Origin: Candidatus Acidiferrales bacterium
GTDB lineage: Bacteria; Acidobacteriota; Terriglobia; Acidiferrales; UBA7541
Length of the DNA stretch: 64,000 nucleotides
Direction: 5' to 3'
NCBI GenBank assembly: GCA_035262725.1
Contig: DATFSH010000012.1
Coordinates: forward strand, 688-64,687
Shown: positions 36,213-46,745 of the stretch, one piece after another
Layout of the letters: each line of letters starts with the position of its first letter
Numbering within the stretch: the stretch's first letter is position 1
The notes under the pieces: generated by a model
Told to the model about the DNA's origin: nothing
Seen by the model: the letters and a program-made list of their open reading frames with translations, nothing else
The model's database searches: none
Position numbers and translations under genes: made by a program

Positions 36213-38633
36213 GTGTCCCGTCACGCAGAACAACTCCTCGAGTTCGATAAGCTCAAGGAAATCGTCAGCGGCTTCACCACTGGCGCACCCGGTCGCCGCG
36301 ACATTTTCTCGCTCAATCCCCAGCACGAAGTCTCCGCCTTGAATTCTGAATTTATTCTGATCCGTGAAGCAGTAGCCTATCTGCGCTCCGGCGCAGAAAT
36401 GGGTTTAAGCTCGCTCGCAGATCCCCAGCACTGGCTCGCGCATATAGGGATGCCGGCATCAGTACTTTCCAGCGCCGACCTGCTGGATGTGGCTTCCTTG
36501 ATGGAAACCGCCAACGGTATCCGGCAGGCATTCAAAGGCGAAGCAGTGAAATATCCGCTCCTTGCCGAAAGAGCGGCGGCCTTCGCGGATTTTCGTCATC
36601 TCCTCACCTCCATCCGCCGCGCGATTCTGCCCAATGGCGAAATTAGTGACGACGCCTCTCCGCAATTGCGCCGAATTCGCACCGGTATCGGACAGGCACG
36701 TGACAAAATACAAAAATCTCTCGAAAGCATCCTTCGCGCCCGTGGCGAGCCTACCGGTGAGGACTACATCACTCTGCGCAACGATCGCTTCGTCATTCCG
36801 GTTCGCGTCGGCGATCGCCGCGCCGTTCCCGGCGTCGTCCACGCGGCCAGCGCCACCGGACAAACCGTTTTCGTCGAGCCGCTCGAAACCATCGATCTCA
36901 ATAATCGCCTCGTTCAGTTTTCCGAAGAAGAGATTGCCGAAATCGCTCGTATTCTGGCGGAACTCACGGAACAAGTTCGCTCGGATCGCGGGCCGCTCGA
37001 ATCCGCTGCCGCTGGAATCGCTCACCTCGATTCCGTTTTCGCTCGCGCGCGATTTGCGCGAGAGTTCGATTGCACCATTCCGGAATTTTCCACCGGTAAT
37101 TCGCTCCGCCTTGAAGCCGCGCGCAATCCGGTTCTCGAACACACGCTGCGCTCACAAGGCCGGAAAGCCGTCCCCTTGACCCTCGCGCTCGGTGGTTCGG
37201 AAACAGTGATGGTCATCAGTGGCCCCAACACCGGTGGCAAGACGGTCGCGCTCAAAAATGTCGGCCTCGCCGCCCTCGCCGCTCAATCGGCGATTCCCGT
37301 CGCGGCCGAACTCGCCGAGTTGCCGCTATTCGATCAAGTTCTCGCCGATATCGGCGATGAGCAGTCCATTGCCGCCGATCTCTCCACGTTTTCTGCGCAC
37401 ATGCTGAATCTGAAATCGATGCTCGAGATAGCAACGGATCGCTCTCTCATTCTCGTCGATGAAATGGGCACCGGCACGGCCCCCGAAGAAGGCGCGGCGC
37501 TCGCCGTCGCGTTACTCGAAGAATTTCGATCCCTGCGCGCATTAACGATCGCCACGACCCACCATGATCGCCTCAAGGCCTTCGCGTCCACTACGCCCGG
37601 AATCGTGAACGCCGCGATGGAATTCGACGAAGAGAATCTGCGACCAACGTACCGTCTGCTCGTGGGTGTTCCGGGTACGTCGAGCGGCCTCGAGATTGCA
37701 CGCCGCTTGGGACTGCCAATTCGCGTTGTGGATCATGCGCGCGCCAGCCTTTCTCCCGAATCGCGAGAAGCGCGCGATTTGATCGCCTATCTGCACCGAA
37801 GCCGCGATGAGATGGACGAGATAAAGCGCCAGGCTCGCGAAGAGCTGGTGCAGCTGGAAGCTGAGCGCTACTCGCTCCAGACCGAGTGGGCCGAACGCCA
37901 GAAAAAACGCATCGCCGAACTCGAAAAGAATTTCGATGCCACTCAGAAGCGACTGCAAGACGAAATCACCCGCCTCGCCGCCGATATGAAGGACAATGCG
38001 TTGCGTGCGCAAATCGAAAAGCAATCCGGTCGCCGTGTCGCAAAGATTGCAGGTGAAGCTCGCGCTCGAGCAGATGCAGCGGTGGTTGAGGCGCTCGCCG
38101 CATCCCAGTCCGACCTCGGCGTTCAGGTGCAACGCCCCGCACAACCGGTCGAACCCAGTCTCCTTGCCGCGGGCCAGCGCATCCTCGTAAAGGGATTCAA
38201 GCAGCCGTTCATTTTCCGCCGCCGCGACGGACGCTCTGCGGAAGTCGAAGCCGGCCCCATGCGCATGAAGGTTCCATTGGCCGACGTGGTCGGAATTGAG
38301 AGCAACGCGCAACAGGCGAAAAGCATTACAACCGACGCCGGGCGCCACACCGGCGTGACCGTGCACGCGCAACCAAGCGATGAGCCCGCCACCGAAGAAA
38401 TCAACGTGATCGGCACCACGGTAGAAGAGGCCACTCGCCGTGTTGACAAATTCATCGACCAAGCCGCCCTCTTGGGCAAGCCCGCCGTCCGCATCATCCA
38501 CGGCCACGGCACAGGCGCCCTTCGCCGCGGCCTGGCCGAATTTCTCAGTACGCATCCGCTCGTCGAAAAAATCGAATATGAGAAACCCGACCGCGGCGGT
38601 GAGGCAATCACGATCGCGGAGTTGAAAAGCTAG
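36213..38633 (+). CDS. mutS2: Endonuclease MutS2 (MutS domain V + C-terminal Smr)
   Basis: Walker A 'ISGPNTGGKTVALK', 'LVDEMGTGTAPEEG', and Smr 'VRIIHGHGTGALRRGLAEFL'. GTG at 36213 after GAGG is preferred to TTG at 36156. Confidence 0.9.
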   Translation: MSRHAEQLLEFDKLKEIVSGFTTGAPGRRDIFSLNPQHEVSALNSEFILIREAVAYLRSGAEMGLSSLADPQHWLAHIGMPASVLSSADLLDVASLMETANGIRQAFKGEAVKYPLLAERAAAFADFRHLLTSIRRAILPNGEISDDASPQLRRIRTGIGQARDKIQKSLESILRARGEPTGEDYITLRNDRFVIPVRVGDRRAVPGVVHAASATGQTVFVEPLETIDLNNRLVQFSEEEIAEIARILAELTEQVRSDRGPLESAAAGIAHLDSVFARARFAREFDCTIPEFSTGNSLRLEAARNPVLEHTLRSQGRKAVPLTLALGGSETVMVISGPNTGGKTVALKNVGLAALAAQSAIPVAAELAELPLFDQVLADIGDEQSIAADLSTFSAHMLNLKSMLEIATDRSLILVDEMGTGTAPEEGAALAVALLEEFRSLRALTIATTHHDRLKAFASTTPGIVNAAMEFDEENLRPTYRLLVGVPGTSSGLEIARRLGLPIRVVDHARASLSPESREARDLIAYLHRSRDEMDEIKRQAREELVQLEAERYSLQTEWAERQKKRIAELEKNFDATQKRLQDEITRLAADMKDNALRAQIEKQSGRRVAKIAGEARARADAAVVEALAASQSDLGVQVQRPAQPVEPSLLAAGQRILVKGFKQPFIFRRRDGRSAEVEAGPMRMKVPLADVVGIESNAQQAKSITTDAGRHTGVTVHAQPSDEPATEEINVIGTTVEEATRRVDKFIDQAALLGKPAVRIIHGHGTGALRRGLAEFLSTHPLVEKIEYEKPDRGGEAITIAELKS

Positions 38634-38663
38634 CGCCGGAGTGCTAAGTCTTAATTTATCTCG

Positions 38664-40406
38664 ATGGCGGAAGCCGGATCATTTGCGGAACGCGTAAAGC
38701 AGCAGGCGGACATTGTTCGCGTGATCGGCGAATACGTCCGCCTGAAAAAATCGGGCGCGAATTTTTCCGGTCTCTGCCCTTTCCATCAGGAGAAAACTCC
38801 ATCCTTCAATGTGCATCCGGTGAAGCAGATTTATCACTGCTTTGGCTGTGGTGTCGGCGGCGACGTCTTCAAATTCGTAATGGAAATGGAGAAGTCCACG
38901 TTTCCCGAGGCGATCCGCACCGTCGCCGAAAAATGCGGCATCGCTATTCCCAAGCCGCGTGAGCGCTCGCCAGAAGAACGGCGCGAAAATCAGCAGCGCT
39001 CCGCGCTGGTCGAAATGCATCGCGAGACCGCTGCTTTCTTCGCCCGCGCCTTACACGATAGCTCCGAAGGCAAAGTAGCCGCAGCGTACCTCGAAGATCG
39101 CGGCCTCGATCGCGAAGCAATGAAGCGTTTCGGCCTCGGTTTCGCTCCCTCCTCCGGCGACGCGCTCCTCCGGTTCCTGAAACAAAAATATCCAGAAAAA
39201 TTGCTCGACGTTTCCGGCCTGATCTCCCGTGACCAAAGTGGCCGCGCCTATGATCGCTTCCGCCGCCGCATCATGTTTCCCATTGCCAATGAGTCCGGCA
39301 AGGTGATCGCTTTCGGCGGCCGCGCGATGGGTGACGACACGCCCAAGTACATGAATTCACCGGAAACCCCGATCTACAACAAAAGCACCGTCCTCTATCA
39401 TCTCGATCGCGCGAAAGAGTCTCTGCGCGAGAGCGATTTCGCCGTCCTCGTCGAAGGTTATATGGACGCAATCGCCGTTGCCCGCGCTGGAATCGCCAAC
39501 GTCGTCGCGAGCTGCGGCACCAGCCTCGCCGAGCCCCAGATTAAATTGCTGGGCCGCTTCACTCGCCGCGTCATCGTAAATTACGATCCAGACACCGCCG
39601 GCCAGGCCGCCACCGAACGCTCCATCGCGCTTCTTCTCGAAAGCGAATTTGACGTTCGTGTGCTCGCACTGCCGGGAAAAGCCGATCCCGATAAATTTCT
39701 AAAGGAACAAGGTATCGACGCCTACCGCAACCTCCTCGCGCAATCGCCCCCCTATCTCGACTACCTGATCGCCCGCGCGCGCCAAATGGACCGAACCACA
39801 GCCGCAGGAAAAGTTGCCGCGCTCAATTTCCTGATGCCTTATGTACAGCGCGTCCCCAATCGCCTTCTTCGCTCGGAATGGGCTACGCGTATCGCCTCCG
39901 AATTGCGCGTCGACGAGCCTGTCCTCCGCGAGGCCTTGCGACGCGCCGCCGCCGAGCGCCGCAGCGAAGTGAAACCAAACGCCAGCCTCCTCGGACCAGC
40001 CGTAAAACCCGCCGAGCGCCAGATTATTCGCATGCTCGTCGAAGCCGAAGGCTTTCGTGAAAAACTCGCCGGTAAATTAGCGCATGACGCGCTTCACCGA
40101 GGCCTCGAGTGCGAAAGCCTCCTCGATCTCCTCATTTCGAAGGTCGGCGAACATCCCGATCCCGCCACGCTGGCTGCGGCTCTGGAGGAAAGAGAGCGCC
40201 GCCTTCTTTTCGAAGTCCTTTTCGAGCCCGTTCCTGAGCCCACCTGGGACGACGCCGAGAATTGCTTGAGCGTTCTCCGTAACCGCCGCGTGGAAGAAGA
40301 ACTTGCCGCGCTGCAGAAGAAGATCGAGGCCAAGCCCACTGCCGACGAATTGCGTGGCCTCCTCACCCGTCGCCTCGAACTTCAGAAACAACTCGCTGCC
40401 AACTAG
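38664..40406 (+). CDS. dnaG: DNA primase
   Basis: Zinc finger 'GLCPFHQEKTPSFNVHPVKQIYHCFGCGVGGDVFKF' and Toprim 'VLVEGYMDAIAV', 'VNYDPDTAGQAA'. Confidence 0.95.
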   Translation: MAEAGSFAERVKQQADIVRVIGEYVRLKKSGANFSGLCPFHQEKTPSFNVHPVKQIYHCFGCGVGGDVFKFVMEMEKSTFPEAIRTVAEKCGIAIPKPRERSPEERRENQQRSALVEMHRETAAFFARALHDSSEGKVAAAYLEDRGLDREAMKRFGLGFAPSSGDALLRFLKQKYPEKLLDVSGLISRDQSGRAYDRFRRRIMFPIANESGKVIAFGGRAMGDDTPKYMNSPETPIYNKSTVLYHLDRAKESLRESDFAVLVEGYMDAIAVARAGIANVVASCGTSLAEPQIKLLGRFTRRVIVNYDPDTAGQAATERSIALLLESEFDVRVLALPGKADPDKFLKEQGIDAYRNLLAQSPPYLDYLIARARQMDRTTAAGKVAALNFLMPYVQRVPNRLLRSEWATRIASELRVDEPVLREALRRAAAERRSEVKPNASLLGPAVKPAERQIIRMLVEAEGFREKLAGKLAHDALHRGLECESLLDLLISKVGEHPDPATLAAALEERERRLLFEVLFEPVPEPTWDDAENCLSVLRNRRVEEELAALQKKIEAKPTADELRGLLTRRLELQKQLAAN

Positions 40407-40517
40407 CCCGAGCCATTTCTTTCGCGGTCCTTTTGAATCGGCGGATTCGTTCATTCATCTATTCAAGTATTTGAGAATCCGAACCGGTAAGAGAAGGGCT
40501 AAATCAAGGAGCATCCA

Positions 40518-40937
40518 ATGCCGCAGGCTACCAATTTTCGAATATTCAATCCCGACACCATGGCAAAACCAAGCGCCGGCTATTCCCAGGTGGCTATCGT
40601 CACCGGCGGAAGTCCGGTTTATATCGCCGGTCAGGTGGCGCTCGATGCAGCAGGCAATTTTGTGGGCAAAGACGATTTCCGGGCCCAGGTCGAGCAGGTC
40701 TTTAAAAACCTGAAGGCGGCCGTTGAAGCCGCCGGAGGCAATTTTCACGACGTCATCAAGCTCAATTTTTACTGTGTCGATAGCGTCGACCCCGCACAGG
40801 TCCCACAGGTCAGGGAAATCCGCGACAGGTACGTCAACACTCAAAATCCACCGACGAGCACGTACGTGGTTGTCCGCGGCTTGGTTCGTCCGGAGTGGCT
40901 GATTGAGGTCGAAGCGGTTGCGGTGGTGCACCGCTAG
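40518..40937 (+). CDS. ridA: RidA/YjgF/UK114-family protein
   Basis: 'YSQVAIVTGGSPVYIAGQVALD', 'QVEQVFKNLKAAVEAAGGNFHDVIKLNFY', 'PTSTYVVVRGLVRPEWLIEVEAVA'. Confidence 0.8.
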   Translation: MPQATNFRIFNPDTMAKPSAGYSQVAIVTGGSPVYIAGQVALDAAGNFVGKDDFRAQVEQVFKNLKAAVEAAGGNFHDVIKLNFYCVDSVDPAQVPQVREIRDRYVNTQNPPTSTYVVVRGLVRPEWLIEVEAVAVVHR

Positions 40938-41238
40938 ACCGCCGCATCAAGCTCGTCAGAACGGAGTTAGTTTCTACTGGCCCATGAATTGACGCAAGTA
41001 CCGGAGCTATTGTATTCTCGTAAGGTTGTGGAGGAAACGGGCGGCGCGCCTCCTGCATCAAATAAGGGGTGCAGTGAGCGCGAGCGTGTTTGGCGCGGGC
41101 ATAGGGCTGGCGACGGGTTCGCAGTATCGTCTTAATTATCCGTTTAAATGTCGTCATTTGACAAGTCGCGTCGGGGTGTCTAACTCCGCGCGCATATTCC
41201 TTTGGCCGCCGCCTTGCGCGGCGCCGTTTCACCTCGCA

Positions 41239-42984
41239 ATGGGAGGAAGTGTGAGTCTGGCTCTTGAGGAAAAATACGATCAGGTACGGCAGCTCATCGC
41301 CATGGGCAAGGAACGCGGTTACCTGCTCTACGATGAAGTGAACGATATCCTGCCCGCCGAGGTGCATTCCTCGGAAGAAATTGACGATCTGCTCTCCACT
41401 TTCGAGCGGTACGGCATTGATGTCTACGAAGATCTAACCAGCGCAAAGGCTGCTCTGGCCGCCGCCGATGGTGCCGATGGGTCGGAAGTCGGCGTCGCAG
41501 TAGAAAAAGAGACGGTGGTTGCCGAAGACAGCGATCTCGATCTCACTCCGGGCACTCTCGAAAAAACGAACGACCCCGTTCGCATGTACCTGCGCGAAAT
41601 GGGCACCGTTCCGCTTCTCACCCGCGAAGGTGAAGTTGCCATCGCCAAACGCATCGAGCGAGGCCAGCTCCTCGTCCTGAAAACCATCACGCGCGCTCCG
41701 CTGATTCTGAAAGAACTCCTGCAAGTCGGCGAAGATCTCCGTACCGGCTCGCGCTCCATCAAGGAAATCGTCCAGTTTGACGACGAAGAGCTCACCGAAG
41801 AAAAAATCGAAGCAAAAACCAAAGAAACCCTCAAGCAGATCGACAAAGTCGCCAAGCTCTACCTCGTGGCCATGAAGCAGGCGCAGAAACTCGAGAAAGT
41901 CCCGCGCTCGAAGAAGCGGCCTTATCTTCGCGCGCGCTACGCGCTCGGCCGCACCCGCGTAGAGATGTCTCGCCGCTTCCGCGAGCTCGATTTCAATCCG
42001 CTCGAAAAGAAGCGCCTCATCGACAAAATTCGCCAGACCGTCGAGCGCGTCCATTTCCTCGAACGTGAAATCGTCAAGCTCGAGCGCCGCGTCGAAGCCT
42101 CCAAAGCCGACGTCCAGGCCGAAGCGCGCAAAGATCTCCGCGCCCGCCGCCAGGAACTTGGCGAAATCGAAATCGCCAGCGAGGTGAGCCCCACCGAGCT
42201 GAAGCGCGCTCTCCAGGTGATTCTTCGTGGCGAAGCGGAGGCTGAGCAGGCCAAGAAGGAATTAATCGAAGCGAACCTGCGCCTCGTCGTTTCCATCGCA
42301 AAAAAATATACGAACCGCGGCTTGCAGTTCCTGGACCTGATTCAGGAGGGCAACATCGGCTTGATGAAAGCCGTAGACAAATTCGAATGGCGTCGCGGCT
42401 ACAAATTCTCCACGTACGCCACTTGGTGGATTCGCCAGGCCATCACACGCGCCATCGCCGACCAGGCTCGTACCATCCGCATCCCGGTGCACATGATTGA
42501 GACGATCAATAAGCTCGTCCGCACCCAGCGCCAGCTCGTTCAGGAACTTGGCCGCGAGCCCACGTCGGAAGAGATCGCCAAGCGCATGGATATTCCGGTC
42601 GCGAAGGTGCGGAAGATCCTGAAAATCGCGCAGGAGCCGATTTCGCTCGAAACTCCCATCGGCGAAGAAGAAGATTCGCATCTCGGCGATTTCATCGAAG
42701 ACAAGGCCGTCGTCTCGCCGTCCGACGCGGTGATCAATCTCAGCCTGAAGGAGCAGACTTCTTCCGTGCTGAAGACCCTCACGCCGCGCGAAGAAAAAGT
42801 CATCAAGATGCGCTTCGGCCTGGACGATGGCAGCGAGCACACGCTCGAAGAAGTCGGCCAGTCCTTCGCCGTCACCCGCGAACGCATCCGCCAAATCGAA
42901 GCCAAAGCGCTGCGCAAGTTGCGCCACCCGTCGCGCTCGCGCAAACTCCGTGCCTTCCTCGAAGGCTCCGCCAACGACTACTAG
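41239..42984 (+). CDS. rpoD: Primary RNA polymerase sigma factor (sigma-70)
   Basis: Region 1.2 '[11 protein letters not shown]', 2.x '[75 protein letters not shown]', 4.2 '[30 protein letters not shown]'. The start is ATG 41239 or GTG 41251 (after GGGAGGAAG). Confidence 0.95.
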   Translation: MGGSVSLALEEKYDQVRQLIAMGKERGYLLYDEVNDILPAEVHSSEEIDDLLSTFERYGIDVYEDLTSAKAALAAADGADGSEVGVAVEKETVVAEDSDLDLTPGTLEKTNDPVRMYLREMGTVPLLTREGEVAIAKRIERGQLLVLKTITRAPLILKELLQVGEDLRTGSRSIKEIVQFDDEELTEEKIEAKTKETLKQIDKVAKLYLVAMKQAQKLEKVPRSKKRPYLRARYALGRTRVEMSRRFRELDFNPLEKKRLIDKIRQTVERVHFLEREIVKLERRVEASKADVQAEARKDLRARRQELGEIEIASEVSPTELKRALQVILRGEAEAEQAKKELIEANLRLVVSIAKKYTNRGLQFLDLIQEGNIGLMKAVDKFEWRRGYKFSTYATWWIRQAITRAIADQARTIRIPVHMIETINKLVRTQRQLVQELGREPTSEEIAKRMDIPVAKVRKILKIAQEPISLETPIGEEEDSHLGDFIEDKAVVSPSDAVINLSLKEQTSSVLKTLTPREEKVIKMRFGLDDGSEHTLEEVGQSFAVTRERIRQIEAKALRKLRHPSRSRKLRAFLEGSANDY

Positions 42985-43005
42985 GTAGAACTCCCGGACG
43001 AAAGA

Positions 43006-43389
43006 GTGATTGTCGGACTGGGTCTGGACATCGCCGAAATCGATCGCATCCAAGCCGCCATCGTGCGGCATGGCGCTCCGCTGATCGAACGGCTGTTCAC
43101 TCCGCGAGAAGCTGCCTATTGCGAAAGCCATCGAGATAAATTCGAGCGGTATGCGGGCCGGTTCGCCGCGAAAGAAGCCGCGATGAAAGCGCTGGGGACA
43201 GGCTGGCGCGCGGGAGTGCGCTGGCGCGACATCGAAGTGATCCGCGAGCCTAGTGGAAAGCCGACGCTATCGCTTCAAGGCGTCGCGCGAGAACGGGCAG
43301 ATAGAATAGGCGTAAAAAATATTTTGCTGACGATCACGCACAGCGGGAATCTTGCTCTTGCCGAAGTGATTTTTGAAAACGGGGCGTAA
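43006..43389 (+). CDS. acpS: Holo-[acyl-carrier-protein] synthase
   Basis: 'IVGLGLDIAEIDRI', 'FAAKEAAMKALGTG', 'LTITHSGNLALAEVIFE'. Confidence 0.9.
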   Translation: MIVGLGLDIAEIDRIQAAIVRHGAPLIERLFTPREAAYCESHRDKFERYAGRFAAKEAAMKALGTGWRAGVRWRDIEVIREPSGKPTLSLQGVARERADRIGVKNILLTITHSGNLALAEVIFENGA

Positions 43390-43490
43390 AGCTCATCGCG
43401 CCATACCCAACGAAAGTATCACCGCCAGGCGCATGAATCGACTGGCCTAGAAATCCACATGGTGAACTCAAGAGGGAAGTAGAGTTTAGA

Positions 43491-43883
43491 CTAGCTTCCT
43501 GTAGCCGCCGCCCGTTTGAACGAAGCGACAGCGGTGCCTTCGTCGGTGCTGATGTCGAAGACTGTATCGAGCTTCGACATTTTCAAGAGATCGAGCACCC
43601 GGGGGGTCGGACTGAGCAGCTTTAGGCTTGCCCCTTGCCTATGTGCGCTCGTCAACGCGCCCGTGAGTTGGCCGACGCCGGAGCTATCCACGTAGGTGAC
43701 TCCAGCCAGATTCAGCAGAATATTTTTGTTTCCCTTTTTGGCCAATTCCCGAACGGTCTCGCTTAGAACCACGCCGCTACCCGGACCGAAGGCCACCGCT
43801 TCACCAAGGCTTAAGCGCCCTGCCAAATCAAGGATGGTAACGTCATCGCGTTGGCGAGTGATGCATTGCATCGTCATGGTCAT
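43491..43883 (-). CDS. STAS-domain anti-sigma-factor antagonist (second copy)
   Basis: 'VTILDLAGRLSLGEA', 'ILLNLAGVTYVDSSGVGQL', 'LKLLSPTPRVLDLLKMSKL'. Confidence 0.8.
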   Translation of the reverse strand: MTMTMQCITRQRDDVTILDLAGRLSLGEAVAFGPGSGVVLSETVRELAKKGNKNILLNLAGVTYVDSSGVGQLTGALTSAHRQGASLKLLSPTPRVLDLLKMSKLDTVFDISTDEGTAVASFKRAAATGS

Positions 43884-44136
43884 TCCTCCCTTGCATTTGC
43901 TCAGGGTCCATCCACGATTTCCGGCTTGGGCCCCCTGCTCATGCGCATCCTATGCTTCCCCCGCCTTGGACACAACGAATTTGCCTCCAGAGAGCCCCCA
44001 TGAATGAGACGGGAGTGAGCGACCTTGCCGGCTCGGATTGCCGTTAAGAAATCGTCTTTTCACCGGCGATATGGAAATCTAGGTAGGACACGGCCACAAA
44101 TACAGCCATTTTGCCGCGGCAAATCTGCGTTCGTAG

Positions 44137-45498
44137 TTAGAGGGATGCAGCGCACCATTCATTGGGTGGCCGCCGTCCCGCAACTTTCACATTAAGATAG
44201 TTGCCGGTTAGAGCTTCCGTCCAATCCTCGCCCGTTCGAGCCAGCGTGAGCGCGCGAAGCCTGAGGCCAGACTGAGCGGCGCGAAACGCGAAGGCCTTTT
44301 TCTCGCCGAGTCTGCGCAGAAAGCGGGCGCGCTCGCGAATTACTCCGAGCGCAACATACTGCCGATCCGGGAACGCAGCCGCGTGTGTGCCGGGTCGCAC
44401 GGAAAACGAGAAAACGTGCAGATAGGTGAGCGGCAACCGCTCGATCAAATCGACCGTGGTCTGAAACTCCTCGTCGGTTTCGCCCGGGAAGCCAACGATC
44501 ACGTCGGCGCCAATCGCTGAGCCCGGAGAATGGCGGCGGATTCGCTGGATCCGTTCCGCGTAATGTTCGGAACGATACCAGCGATGCATCTCTCGCAAAA
44601 TCCGATCCGAGCCGGATTGCAGCGGGACGTGAAAATGCGGCGCGACGCGTTCCGACGACGCAACCAACTCGATGAACTCTTCGGTAACGTCTTGAGGTTC
44701 GACGGAGCTGAATCGTAGTTGCTCCAGAGTGGTTTCGTCCAGAATCCTGCGCACCGTCTTGACCAGTTCAACGCGCGGCGAGAGGTCGCGGCCATAGCTT
44801 CCGAGATTGATGCCGCTGAGGACCACTTCCTTCGCACCAGCATCTACGAGCTTTCGGATTTCTGCGATTACAAAATCCGGAGCCAGGCTGCGGCTTTTGC
44901 CGCGCACGAAGGGAATCACGCAATAGGAGCAGCGGTTGTTGCAACCGTCCTGAATCTTCAGAATTGGGCGCGTGCGGCCGCTGTCGGCGAATTCGGCAGG
45001 CGCGAGTTGCACGGAGGTCTGCTCAAGAATGTCACTGGTAAGAATCTTAGCTGGGCCGCGCGCAAGCGACATTGATTCTCGGTCGATTTCGGCGAGAGGG
45101 ACGAACGTCCCGCGAGAATCCTTCGAGGGAATTTCCGAGTTCGGTGCGGCCGGCGAATCAAGCGAGGCGCAGACCAGGCGAGCAATCTCAGTCTGATGCG
45201 AATTTCCAACGACAAAATCAACGCCCTCAAGCTGCGCGATTTCCTCCGGCGCGCGTTGCGCGTAGCAACCCGTGACGACGACCCGCGCCCTGGGATTTCT
45301 GCGGTGAATTTTGCGCACCGCCTCCCGCGCCCGCGCGTCTGCCGCTGCCGTCACCGTGCATGTATTCAGCACCACGACGTCGGCGTGAGAGTGCTCTTCG
45401 ACGAGCGCAATACCATTCGCGAGGAAGTCGCGGCGCAACGCCGCGGCATCCGCGTCCGTGGCGCGGCAGCCAAAATTTTCAATCGAAAATGTCGTCAT
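44137..45498 (-). CDS. mtaB: MiaB/RimO/MtaB-family radical-SAM methylthiotransferase (most like MtaB)
   Basis: ATG at 45498. N-terminal 'FSIENFGCRATDADAA...VVLNTCTVT', radical-SAM 'IQDGCNNRCSYCVIPFVRG', and 'HFHVPLQSGSDRIL'. Confidence 0.8.
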   Translation of the reverse strand: MTTFSIENFGCRATDADAAALRRDFLANGIALVEEHSHADVVVLNTCTVTAAADARAREAVRKIHRRNPRARVVVTGCYAQRAPEEIAQLEGVDFVVGNSHQTEIARLVCASLDSPAAPNSEIPSKDSRGTFVPLAEIDRESMSLARGPAKILTSDILEQTSVQLAPAEFADSGRTRPILKIQDGCNNRCSYCVIPFVRGKSRSLAPDFVIAEIRKLVDAGAKEVVLSGINLGSYGRDLSPRVELVKTVRRILDETTLEQLRFSSVEPQDVTEEFIELVASSERVAPHFHVPLQSGSDRILREMHRWYRSEHYAERIQRIRRHSPGSAIGADVIVGFPGETDEEFQTTVDLIERLPLTYLHVFSFSVRPGTHAAAFPDRQYVALGVIRERARFLRRLGEKKAFAFRAAQSGLRLRALTLARTGEDWTEALTGNYLNVKVAGRRPPNEWCAASL

Positions 45499-45502
45499 GC
45501 AA

Positions 45503-45931
45503 CTAACCGAACGATTTTGCGCAAGAGTCCACAAGTATAGCAGCCTGCAAACGCATTGAATCAGTACGCCGCAAACGGAGAAGAAGGTCCCGCGCCTCCT
45601 GTCCCGGAGCGAGCGTCAAAATCGCACCTGCACTGGCCGCGGAGTTTTCGCCATATTCTTGTAAGACGTATCCGCTCCACTCTACACGCAGCCGATAGCG
45701 GCCTGGCTCAATTTTGTCGATCGCAAAACGGCCCATCGAGTCGGTGTGGGTCAAATAGCCTGAGCGCGGGTCGTCAGCTTTCTGCAAAGAAATTCCCGAT
45801 TTTCTCACATGATCGGAGGTGCCCGACTTCAGTACACTCCCGGCCATGCTGCATGTCGCTTTGCTTGCATCAGTTTGCGTCTTCGGCGCGCGGAACGCTG
45901 CTGGGCCCCAAAAGCAACGGGTCCAAATCAA
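45503..45931 (-). CDS. Carboxypeptidase-regulatory-like (CarboxypepD_reg) domain fragment, possibly a gene remnant
   Basis: 'GSVLKSGTSDHVRKSGISL...THTDSMGRFAIDKIEPGRYRLRVEWSGY..ILTLAPGQEARDLLLRL'. There is no signal peptide. The ORF ends 4 nt before the mtaB start. This fold normally heads much larger proteins. Confidence 0.35.
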   Translation of the reverse strand: MIWTRCFWGPAAFRAPKTQTDASKATCSMAGSVLKSGTSDHVRKSGISLQKADDPRSGYLTHTDSMGRFAIDKIEPGRYRLRVEWSGYVLQEYGENSAASAGAILTLAPGQEARDLLLRLRRTDSMRLQAAILVDSCAKSFG

Positions 45932-46070
45932 AGAGAATGGATATTCTCGTAAGGAGGCAGCGCATCAGACTGCTATAGCCGCGAAAGCTATACTAATTCC
46001 TATAGTGTCGAGAGTCTATTGCTGCGAAAGGCCTGGGGCAAGCGGATGCTTGGAGCGGCGAGTCTGGCGA

Positions 46071-46745
46071 TTAATTAGGCGCACGGCGCTGGTAGCACAG
46101 CAGAATTAAATCAGCACGGCGCCGGACGCCGAATTTTGCCAGTAGGTTCGAAACGTGAAATTTCACGGTGCGCTCTGAAATATGCAGGCGATCTGCCACT
46201 TCTTTGTTCGCCAAATTTTCTAGCAGGCCGTTGAGCACTTCTTGTTCGCGCCGGCTCAGTTCGGCCGGTGAATCGCTGCGCAGCCGGCGTCCCTGCGTGG
46301 TGCTCAGAATCGAATCCACGAATCGCGAGAGCACAGTCCGCGGCACCCAAAACCCTCCAGCGGCGACGAGCGGCAGCGCGCGCGGAAGTTGCTCGCGAGC
46401 TTCCGCATAGTTCAGGATCCCCTTCACTCCCTGGCGCAGCAAACTGTACGCATCAGCTTCTTTCAGCTTGTCACCAACCACCAGCAAGCGCGCGCCCGAA
46501 TGCTTGTCGAGAATATTTCCGAGTAATGCTCCGGTGGCCTGCCGAGCGGCATGCGCATCAATCACGTAGATACTGGCTTTGGGAACTTCGAGATTGCGCA
46601 GATCGGGAGCCAGCATGGAATCCAGCTGCCGCGATACCATCTGGAAGCCAGACTCCGATAGGAGGCGGTTGAATTCGTCCAACACCATCGGGTGCGGCGA
46701 GAGCAGACAGACTCTCAGGTGCGGTTTAGCGGAGTTTTTGGCCAT
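46071..46745 (-). CDS. LuxR/FixJ-family response regulator with a degenerate acidic pocket
   Basis: C-terminal GerE HTH 'LSRREQEVLNGLLENLANKEVADRLHISERTVKFHVSNLLAKFGV'. The receiver reads 'RVCLLSPHPMV' where DD is expected. 'IYVIDAHA' keeps the Asp. Confidence 0.8.
   Translation of the reverse strand: MAKNSAKPHLRVCLLSPHPMVLDEFNRLLSESGFQMVSRQLDSMLAPDLRNLEVPKASIYVIDAHAARQATGALLGNILDKHSGARLLVVGDKLKEADAYSLLRQGVKGILNYAEAREQLPRALPLVAAGGFWVPRTVLSRFVDSILSTTQGRRLRSDSPAELSRREQEVLNGLLENLANKEVADRLHISERTVKFHVSNLLAKFGVRRRADLILLCYQRRAPN

Noticed and set aside
45999-46009. 11-mer TATAGTGTCGA shared with 52689-52699 (kinase/PilZ divergent region), considered as a common operator.
   Set aside because: Hundreds of 11-mer coincidences are expected by chance in a 64-kb window, and there is no dyad symmetry.
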